Shown here: in pieces, positions 50,341 through 59,595 of the stretch | Position numbering within the stretch: the stretch's first letter is position 1 | How the letters are laid out: each line of letters opens with the position of its first letter | Made by a program: the position numbers and the translations under genes | Assembly: GCA_010909165.1 (NCBI GenBank) | Contig: MU008167.1 | Location: 1,488,001-1,552,000 of the forward strand | Direction: 5' to 3' | Length of the DNA stretch: 64,000 bases | DNA from: Anthoceros angustus | Lineage: Eukaryota; Plantae; Anthocerotophyta | Notes under the pieces: generated by a model | What the model was told of the DNA's origin: nothing | Database searches by the model: none | The model's input: only the letters and a program-made list of their open reading frames with translations

Positions 50341-51496
50341 TCAGGTGTGGAAACCACTAGACGCACTATGACTGACTATAGCCAATGCATTCCCTGCTGC
50401 ATTCATGCGGCACACTTCCTCACAAAGCTGGGTAGCCACCACCAAATTCCTGCTTTTAAGTTGGACGTAAGCAGGTGCTTCAAAGAAGTCCTTGTGATCT
50501 CGGAAAATGACCAGAAGTAGGGACTCCTTCTGGTTTTCCCACCCAACATTCCTCGAGATAACCTCATACCCATGAATGAGATTAGCAATGTTGAGCTGGA
50601 ATTGGTCGTTATATGCTCGACAGAGTTTGCCCAGATACCCGACGTGGTACTTCTCTGATGCCCAAAGTAGCTCCAGGGAGTGATCCTCCAGATCCACCTT
50701 CTCCAGGGAGCCTGTGTAGAGAAACCTGACAAAGGCTTGCACTCCCTGTGAAGAGATGGCGATGTAAATTGGTTGCAGGTCCGCCAAAGAGTCGCCATCG
50801 AAGACGTTCGATCTGGCTTGCTGTTCACAAAATTTACATAAACACTCTAAGCTCTCGCTCCTTTCTCTCACAAATTCCAAACAAACTCCAACGCCCATCT
50901 CAGCAAACAAAATTCCATCGGGTCCATCGCCCTGCAAGCTAGAAGTAAGGCACGCTGGTTTCCCTCATGCAAGACCTAAACCGCATAAACATGCAGTCTA
51001 GCATATCCATCTATGAACCTCAGCAGCTGCAAAGGTCTATCACCTTACCAGGACCGCCTTATGTGCTTTCATGGCCACTCCGTCCAAGGAAACAATCATG
51101 ACGTCCATGACACTCTTCTGTCCGTCTGTCGCTGGAAAGTTGCTCCACGTCTGCAGGAATGCGAGCTGTTCCTCCAGCTGAGCCTTCTCCTTCTCGAGCC
51201 TCTTCATCTGCGCTTCCCGGACCTCTCCACCACCCTAGCAACCATGACAACAAACAAGCGAGTTCGATCTCATCCCCGATTTCAATTGTTGCACAGAACT
51301 GCAGGTCTACCTGCTCCTGCACATTCACGTCATAGTGAATGTGTTCCCGCCGCTGCTCCTCCTCGGGACAGTCCTCTCCATTCCCTTCCTGCTCCTCGGG
51401 ATACTTCTCTCCATTCCCTTGCACATGTATCTCCTCAGGACTACCGGTTTCTAGTTTCGGCCCCTGCCGGAGTCGTTTAAGCTCTCTGCGATCCAT
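50341..51496 (-). CDS. BTB/POZ-domain protein, intact 3-exon gene without BED
   Basis: Exons 51496-51311 (MDRRELKR...VQEQ), 51234-51049 (coiled coil + DVMIVSLDGVAMKAHKAVL), 50820-50341 (QARSNVF...FVRFLYTG); all lengths are multiples of 3, GT-AG. An upstream ATG at 51610 is also possible. Confidence 0.85.
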
Positions 51497-52316
51497 GTTA
51501 TCGGTGCCGGCCCTGAACTGGGTTGGGTGTCCACGCTTCAAAGCAAGGAAGAGTACTGCATGCAGCTTAGCTCGCCAAGGCGGTCCCAAGCAAAACTTTC
51601 TGCGATGCACGGGAAGAGGGATCTCAACAACCCATCAAGGAAAAACGGACCGAAACCGAGAGGTTGAGACCCAGGAACGTAACGTGGTCGGAGGAAGAAC
51701 GTCCTCCTCCGACACAATCCAGTGCCGTGCTATGCGGCTGCTGCACGGAGAGATCAACAACAGCAACCTGACCACACCATCTGACCGGGCGGGAGATTCG
51801 ACTTCAAAAACAGCCCTTTAGTTGAATTCAAACAACTTGCTTTGTTAGAATATTGAATTTTTTTATTTTATTATCCCATATTATCTGTCAGCCCACCACA
51901 CTTGTTATTTATAGATAATGTATTCATTGGAATTTGTAACCTTTTACAGGTGATATATTTCTAATTACAAAAAATACTCTTACATCGGTAGATATTTTTA
52001 AAACCCATAATTTTATTATACATCAAAAACCACAATCTAGGCGAAAGCTATAGTTGAGGTAGAGTTACAACTTCAAAAGAGGTCAAGAAAAGGAAAAGAA
52101 TTTCATCATCCAGCATGCCATGCAATGGGACGTTGCCCATAGTGAGCCAATCCTATCTTGGACTCGACCATGTAGCCCACCTCTTGGCGTGACTATCTAA
52201 TCCATAATACTCATTGCATAATTATAGTTATTCTATATAAATTTATTATAAGAACTTTGGATTATTATTGGTAGTAGACTAACTCCGTAGTTAAAGTAAA
52301 CCCCCAAGAGAAGATG

Positions 52317-52602
52317 ATCCCTGACCCGGAAGGGCCTATTTAAGTAGGCCTTTTCACATCCATGACCACGAAGTTCTTCGGGCGGTTGGTAGTTTTGAAA
52401 AACGTGATCATGGGGGCTTGTCAAGCGTGATCGTGGGGGGACTATAGTTTTGAAAAACGTGATCATGGGGGCTTGTCAAGCGTGATCGTGGGGGCTAGTC
52501 CCCCTGGCATGTGCCCTTCGTTGGGTTTTTCCCTTTGTTTTTGGGTGGATGGGTTTTTCCCATCTCTTTTTTATAATAAAGTCTTCTTTCACGCAAAAAT
52601 AA
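52317..52602. mobile_element. ~290-bp insertion with an internal 55-bp tandem duplication
   Basis: Absent from the homologous blocks at about 37350 and 46620; flanked by AAGATG (52311-52316, 52603-52608), a possible target-site duplication. Confidence 0.5.
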
Positions 52603-53551
52603 AAGATGCTACCTTTGTAAACTTCCAAAGACCGATCAATAAAATTATCCACAATTATGAAAAATTATAGTATTCTCTACAGGACTGGCTTGTTCTTCAT
52701 CTATGTGGACCATAAAAACATTCTTCTTCTTCTTTTTTTGTGTGTTAGGTTTAAAATGATATGAATGATAATCATGTTCAAAGTGTATTTATAAATTGTT
52801 TGTTCGATCTCACATGTGAAGTCATCTTAAAAGTAGTTTTGCAAATACAGAGAATATATATATCACTTGGTACTCGAATCTGCACACATCCTACAAATCT
52901 ATTGTTGGTACTGGAAGGAGGACAACCTTTGGAAAAACCTATTCCTCATGTTTAGGCAGCACATGTTATGGAGAACGAGTGGATATTCTAAAGAAAGGAG
53001 ATATTGGACTGGCAACCAGGGAAAGAACTATATTTCGCACTACTCTAGCTTAAAAGAGATGGCAAGAGGGAGATCAAAACATTGTGGAAGAAATACCACA
53101 AGACTTCCGGAATAACCTCTGAAGAAAGGACTACAAGATGATTATTATATAACAAGATGATTATTATATAACTAATATATACTGTTAATTATATGCATGG
53201 TTATATTTCCCCTTTTCTTTATCGTCTTGGACCAATAAATTATCATCATTTTATGAATTATTTGTTGTTAGCAACACATGTTCTGCAAACGCGTTGAATG
53301 TATGGACCTCTGGGTGCTGGAGCCGGCACGGCACATCTCGCTGGGACGAGTTGGTCAGGAATCTGTTGGAGTCGGGGGACATGTTCGCCAATTCAGAGAC
53401 GTGCGAAAATTGAGAATTCGTTGGACTCGCTCAACAATCTGCGAATCCGTTCCACTTGCTGGAAGAATTTGAGAATTTCTTTGACCCAGCGGGCTTCGTG
53501 TCCGAAGCGGGTTCAACGAGTGTGTCGCATGTGTAGGCTCAGAGCGCGCTC

Positions 53552-56500
53552 ATGGCTGTGCGGAGCGCTGCAATTGAGTCTTGCAGAGGGCAAGGGGACC
53601 CGTTTTGGGGACAATGTTTGTGGACCCAACAGCCTGGTGGGTTAACGGGCATTTCAGGAAGAGCTGGCTTTGCAAGGAAGCCAGCCTGCCCCAGGGGGTG
53701 TCTGGCTGCCGAAGGATCCTCCAGCGAGGGTCGGCGGCAGGAGAATCTTTGGCGACAGTATTTCCGGGACCCAACACGTTGGTGGGATCACAGGCGAACT
53801 AAGAAGAGCCGGAGATCGCCTGATTTCCGGCACAAGCAGTGCCAGGAGGTCCTCTGGTTAAACAGCTTGTACAAGCCAGCTTGGGTGGATGGGGAGCTGG
53901 CTGCTCTGGATGGGGATGGCCCTGGCCCTGGCCCTCGCAGGCCTGCAGGTGACGGTGAGGGCATGATGGCTGAGACAGTGAGGAAGCTATGTGATGGGGG
54001 CCATGTTACTGAGGCTGTGGAGGCTTTGGAAGCTGCGGTGGAGACAGACAGTTATGTTGCCATCTCTGTCGTGTATGCTGTGCTGAGGAAATGTGTGCAG
54101 AAGAAGGATCTTGGTCTGGGCAGGCGTGTGCATGCTTGTGCAGTGAAAAAGGGGTTGCAGAAAGACACCTTTCTGTGTAACCACATCCTGCGGATGTATG
54201 CTTTTCATGGCAGGTTGCAGGACGCGATGGATGTGTTTGAAGCAGTTGTGGAGCCTGATGCCTTCACTTGGTCTGCCATGATTTCTGGACATGTTAAGTA
54301 TGGGCAGGACAGGGAGGCTGTGGACCTCTATCATAGGATGTGCAGGTCGAGTGTTAAGCCGGATGGGCATGTTTTTGTGGCAGCCCTTCAGGCTTGTGCA
54401 AGGCGATCGGACTTGGAATCTGGGCAGCAGGTGCATGCTGATGTGTTGGCATGTGGTCTTGAGTCTGACTTGTTTGTGTGTAACGGTTTGGTGAACATGT
54501 ATGCAAAGTGTGGCAGCGTGGAGGAGGCTCGGAGAGTATTTGATGGACTTGTTGAGAAAGATGTGGTGACTTGGAATGCCATGATTGCAGGGTATTCCCA
54601 GCAAGGTAGGGGTCAGGAAGCGCTTTGGGTGTACAGTGCTATGCAAGATGAAGGTATTGCTGTGCCTGATGCTGTGACTTTCGTGAGCCTCCTGCAGGCG
54701 TGTGCAAGTGTGGGTACTGTGGCGTTGGAGAGGGGGAAGCACCTTCACGAGTGTATCAGAGAACGAGGACTTCAAGCTGATGTGTTTATAGCCAACAGCT
54801 TGGTGAACATGTACGCAAAATGTGGCAGCTTGGAAGATGCACAGAGCGTGTTTGACAAGCTCAATCAGAAAACGGTGGTAACGTGGAATGCAATGATTGC
54901 AGGGTATTCTCAGCAGGGCATGGGGCAGGAAGCCCTTTGTCTCTACAATGCTATGCAGGAAGAAGGCAGGAGTGTACCCGATTCTGTCACGTTTGTGAGC
55001 CTCCTGCAGGCATGTGGAACCGTGGGCTCCATGGCATTGGAGAAAGGGAGGCAGCTGCATATGCATATCAGGGAACGAGGACATGAAGCTGAAGTGTTTG
55101 TGGCCAACAGTTTGGTGAACATGTATGCAAAGTGTGGCAGCTTGGAAGAGGCACAGAGTGTGTTTGATGGAATGGGTCAAAAAGATGTGGTCACGTGGAA
55201 CACCATGATAGCAGGATACTCCCAGCAGGGCATGGGGCAGGAAGCCCTTCATCTCTACAGTGCTATGCAAGAAGAAGGCATGGTTGCACCTGATTCCGTG
55301 ACATTTGTTTGCCTCTTGCAGGCATGTGCAGGCGTGGGCACCCTGGCTTTGGAGAAGGGGAAGCAGCTCCATACGCAGATTAAAGCACGAGGACAAGAAG
55401 TGTTTGTAGCCAGCAGTTTGGTAGACATGTATGCAAAGTGTGGCAGCCTGGAAGATGCTCACAGAGTGTTTGATAAATTCGGTCAGAAAGATGTGGTGAC
55501 GTGGAATGCCATGATAACAGGATATTCCCAGAAGGGCATGGGGCGGGAAGCCCTTCATCTCTACAGTGCTATGCAAGAAGAGGGCTGTGTTGTAGCTGAT
55601 GCTGCAACATTTGTCGGCCTCTTGCAGGCATGTGCAAGTGTCGGCTCCACAGGTTTGGAGAAGGGGAAGCAGCTTCATTCAGATATTAGAGAGCGGGGTT
55701 ATGAGGGTGATGTGCTTGTAGCCAGCAGTTTGGTAAACATGTATGCAAAGTGTGGCAGCTTGGAAGATGCTAAGCGAGTATTCGATGGACTTGGCCAGAA
55801 AGATGTGGTGACGTGGAATGCCATGATAGCAGGGTATTCCCAGCAGGGTATGGTGCAGGAAGCCCTTGGCCTCCACTGTGCTATGCAAGAGGAAGGCCTG
55901 GCTGCACCCAATTCGGTATCATTTGTGTGCCTTCTACAAGCATGTGCAAGTGTGGGCAAAGCGGGGTTGGAGAAGGGGAAGCATCTTCATGTGCAAATCA
56001 GGGAGCAAGGGCTTCAAGCTGATGTGTTTGTAGCCAGCAGCTTGGTAAACATGTATGCAAAGTGTGGTAGCTTGGATGAGGCGCAGAGAGTGTTTGATGG
56101 ACTTGGTCAAAAGGATGTGTTGACTTGGACTGCCATGATAGCAGGGTATTGCCAGCAAGGTATGGGCCAGCAAGCCCTTTGTCTCTACAGTTCTATGCAA
56201 GCCGAAGGCATCGCTGTACCCGATTCTGTTACATTTGTGTGCCTTCTTCAGGCATGTGCAAACGTGGCATCATTATACCTGGGAAGGCAGCTACATGTAC
56301 AGATTGTAGAACAAGGGCTTCAAGCCGATGTCTTTGTAGCCTGCAGTTTAATCAACATGTATGGAAAGTCTGGGAGCATGGTTGAAGCACAGCAGGTTTT
56401 TGATGCATTACCCGAAAGAGACATCGTCGTCTGGAATGCACTGATTGCAGGCTACACTTCTCAAGGAGAGAGTGAAGTGGTCTTTGACTTGGTCCAGAGA

Positions 56501-57154
56501 ATGAAAGAGCATGGCACACGGCCAGACCGCATCACCTTTGTTAGTGTACTAACGGTGTGCAGTCACGCAGGTCTCTTGAACAAGGGGCGGGAGTACTTCA
56601 AGGCCATGAGCAAACACTACGGCATTACTCCCACAGAGGACCACTACACATGCATGGTGGATCTCCTGGGCCGAGCCGGGCAACTGGACGAAGCACTAGG
56701 TCTTGTAAGGACAATGCCTGTCCCTCCTAATGCTGCAGTTTGGCACACTCTGCTGGGTGCTTGTCGCAATTGGAGCAACGTGGAGGTGGGACGCTATGCC
56801 TTCAATGAAGCAGTGAAGCTAGACAAGGCAGACGCCGCAGCATACGTGTTGATGTCAAACATTTACACCGGTGCCGGGATGAAGGAGCTGGCACAGCAGA
56901 TGCAGGTCAGGAGAAAACGAATCAGGGCATGGAAGCAGCCAGGCCAAAGCTGGTGGACAGACCCCGACGGGCTTGTGCATAGTTTTCTGGTTGGGGATGA
57001 GAAGCATCCCGAGAGGCAAGCAAGGCTGAAGCAGACAGTGAAGAAAGAAAGGCATGTGCCAGTTCTGGATCTGTCACAGGCAGACTTATCTGATGACCTA
57101 CAGGAAGACCATTTGTGCACGCACAGCCAGATGCTGGCTTTAGCAGGCGCATGA
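53552..57154 (+). CDS. PLS-class PPR protein (about 26 motifs + E1/E2 + truncated DYW:WW) with N-terminal OSB-type PDF motif
   Basis: Intronless 1200-aa ORF: LWRQYFRDPTRWWDHRRTKKSRRSPDFRHKQCQEVLWL; eight L-S-P cycles; E1/E2; KQPGQSWW; HSQMLALA then stop. True start uncertain (possible upstream ATG at 53530 if one G is missing). Confidence 0.93.
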   Translation: MAVRSAAIESCRGQGDPFWGQCLWTQQPGGLTGISGRAGFARKPACPRGCLAAEGSSSEGRRQENLWRQYFRDPTRWWDHRRTKKSRRSPDFRHKQCQEVLWLNSLYKPAWVDGELAALDGDGPGPGPRRPAGDGEGMMAETVRKLCDGGHVTEAVEALEAAVETDSYVAISVVYAVLRKCVQKKDLGLGRRVHACAVKKGLQKDTFLCNHILRMYAFHGRLQDAMDVFEAVVEPDAFTWSAMISGHVKYGQDREAVDLYHRMCRSSVKPDGHVFVAALQACARRSDLESGQQVHADVLACGLESDLFVCNGLVNMYAKCGSVEEARRVFDGLVEKDVVTWNAMIAGYSQQGRGQEALWVYSAMQDEGIAVPDAVTFVSLLQACASVGTVALERGKHLHECIRERGLQADVFIANSLVNMYAKCGSLEDAQSVFDKLNQKTVVTWNAMIAGYSQQGMGQEALCLYNAMQEEGRSVPDSVTFVSLLQACGTVGSMALEKGRQLHMHIRERGHEAEVFVANSLVNMYAKCGSLEEAQSVFDGMGQKDVVTWNTMIAGYSQQGMGQEALHLYSAMQEEGMVAPDSVTFVCLLQACAGVGTLALEKGKQLHTQIKARGQEVFVASSLVDMYAKCGSLEDAHRVFDKFGQKDVVTWNAMITGYSQKGMGREALHLYSAMQEEGCVVADAATFVGLLQACASVGSTGLEKGKQLHSDIRERGYEGDVLVASSLVNMYAKCGSLEDAKRVFDGLGQKDVVTWNAMIAGYSQQGMVQEALGLHCAMQEEGLAAPNSVSFVCLLQACASVGKAGLEKGKHLHVQIREQGLQADVFVASSLVNMYAKCGSLDEAQRVFDGLGQKDVLTWTAMIAGYCQQGMGQQALCLYSSMQAEGIAVPDSVTFVCLLQACANVASLYLGRQLHVQIVEQGLQADVFVACSLINMYGKSGSMVEAQQVFDALPERDIVVWNALIAGYTSQGESEVVFDLVQRMKEHGTRPDRITFVSVLTVCSHAGLLNKGREYFKAMSKHYGITPTEDHYTCMVDLLGRAGQLDEALGLVRTMPVPPNAAVWHTLLGACRNWSNVEVGRYAFNEAVKLDKADAAAYVLMSNIYTGAGMKELAQQMQVRRKRIRAWKQPGQSWWTDPDGLVHSFLVGDEKHPERQARLKQTVKKERHVPVLDLSQADLSDDLQEDHLCTHSQMLALAGA

Positions 57155-57478
57155 TGTGCCTACAGGCAAGAAGACAAGATCAGTTGGCGATGGTTGCAGC
57201 TATTTCCTATGCTTGAGTGGATCCACGGGTCTGTAAGATATCCATGAACGTGAGCCAGCTTCCATGTCCAGGATTTATGAGGATTAGGGGTAGAGGGGTA
57301 CACTGGCACAGGGCCTGTTAGGCAAGGGACGGCTTTAGCGATCTCCTGTAACATGATAGGGACCATGATCCGGCCCTGACAGAACAAATTGCGATGCCCA
57401 TCTACAATGCCATTCTACTAAAGCCTGTCTGAGCTGGTCGTACGTCTTTCTAGTTCATACGTAGGTATGTGTATTTTC

Positions 57479-57556
57479 TTTTTCCCTCTTCTATGCTATA
57501 CTATCTCTGTCCTATAAATAAAGTATAGAGATAGTATAGCATAGAAGAGGGAAAAA
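57479..57556. other. Perfect 30-bp inverted repeat with an 18-nt loop
   Basis: TTTTTCCCTCTTCTATGCTATACTATCTCT (57479-57508) / AGAGATAGTATAGCATAGAAGAGGGAAAAA (57527-57556). Confidence 0.9.
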
Positions 57557-58044
57557 AAAATATAAGTAAAATTGTTGTTGTTGTTAGTTTGTACGCTGCT
57601 TTCCTCTTTTACTCGTTGCACTATTTTTGTCTCACGATGGTCCTTCCATCCTAAGTTGACATAAATAAAGTTGTTGTTGTTGGTCTAAGACACTCAATAT
57701 CAGAATTTGATGGGAGAGAGTGACTTCGAATCTCGATCCTCACAACCCGTTTCGTTTGGTTTTTTTTTAATTTCTAATGGATATAAATAAAATGGTAATT
57801 TTGAATCAAACTAATCAAGCAACCCGATATGGTGCAAGGTTAGGGAGCCGGGCTGGGGTACACCTCTTAGTATCAGAATCGAATGCGAGAGATTTGGTTC
57901 GAATCTCGGTCCTAACGGTCATGCCTCGTGCCTGCACGAGGTGTTCTGTTATGTTTTATTTTTAATGGATATAAATAAATTATTATTTAATAACCATTTT
58001 ATTTTGAGAACTTCGTGGTTTGACGTTTGATCCCTAATAGCTTT

Positions 58045-59050
58045 CAGATGGGGTGCTCAATGTTTTGCATCAAGCTTCGCACACTAGGGACTCCACTAGG
58101 GTTCACATGGGGTGCTCAATTTCTGCATCAAGCTTAGCAAATCTTTCCACATGGGATGCTCAATGTTTTGCATCAAGATTCGGACATCTTCCTCTTGACT
58201 TCATCAGGGCTCAGAGGGGTGCTCAATTTCTGCATCCAGCTTCGCAAATTTTCCTCGTAGCTTCTCCTACAAATTAAAAACCGCATAGTACCCTACCCTC
58301 TTCCTACTATTCCAATTCAATTCAATTCAATTCATGAGATGTGGTCTCACGCACACAACCTCCCAAACGGAGTCCACTACCATTATCCGTAAGCATTGCA
58401 AATCACATACAATACCCACTATCCACAACTCCACAAGGATCTGGATCGGACATTGCACACGACATTTGCTACAATTCATGAGATGTGGTCTCATGCACAC
58501 AACCTCCCAAGCAGAGTACACGACATTTGCTACAATTCATGAGATGTGGTCTCATGCACACAACCTCCCAAGCAGAGTACACTACCACTATCTAATAAGG
58601 ATTGCAAATCATGTACAATAGCCACTATCCACAACTCCACAAGGATATGGACCGCACATTGCACACGACATATGCTACCTACAAGGAAGGATCCGGCATC
58701 GCTATCTATGAGAAGTGTACATCGAGCACACTATGTACTCATACGACTTGGTATAAGTTATTAAGTACCAGGTCTCTTGATAGAAAAAATCCATCCAAAT
58801 GGACTCTAATAGACTTCTTCTTCTTCTACTCACTATCTACGAGCATCATAAATCTATCACACTATTCACTATGTATCTACTCACTATCTACCAGCTTCGT
58901 ACATCCAGCAAACTATTCACTATCTACATGGATCGCACTCCAAGCACATTACGCACCATCTCTACAAGGCACCCACTATCTACAAGGATCCCACATGGAA
59001 TACACTACCCACTACCTTGATAGTGGTGTGCACTATCTATGGTGGGCACC
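58045..59050. repeat. Cluster of short degenerate tandem repeats
   Basis: GGGTGCTCAAT..TGCATCAAGCTT-like x4 (58050-58250); CAATTCATGAGATGTGGTCTCA x3 (58325-58560); CACTATCTAC-like units (58830-59040). Confidence 0.8.
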
Positions 59051-59595
59051 AGTAGTGCAATGATACTGAATTCGTGTTTTTCCACCAAGGGTTCCACCCG
59101 CTATTTCTTCATGCCTTTTGATGTCGATAGTTCAGTTGTGTTTGCACCAACTATATATTTTGCGACTTGTAACAACAATCTACTTCAACTCGACAATCAG
59201 CGGCTTGTTGTAAAGCTTCTTAAGCCCTTGGGACTGTGTGATATAACATCTTTGGTATCTCCCTGCAATCAATCAGGATCTCTTGTTGAAAGGTTTTGAA
59301 GTCTTAAGAACTGCCTAATATGTATCATATGAAGTAAGGCCCTTCGAGGTCTCCTAAATTACCTGGAATATTTGAATATAAATATTCGATCAAATTCACC
59401 CAAAAAAATACCATGATACCTACTGAAGAACCGGGCGCGGCCATATGGCCATTGGCAAACCCTATTTTGTGACTCTCTCAGCAGGAATAGGGCCGAGCGA
59501 GGTATGGAGGTGTATTTTGCACACCAAACATCTGTAGACCTAATGTTAATAATTTTCTAGTCTTCAATTCCCTCGTTTAAAACAATGTGAAAAGC

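Noticed and set aside
53987-55888. 563-aa and shorter antisense ORFs inside the PPR gene
   Set aside because: Shadow ORFs of the repetitive PPR codons; no independent motifs.
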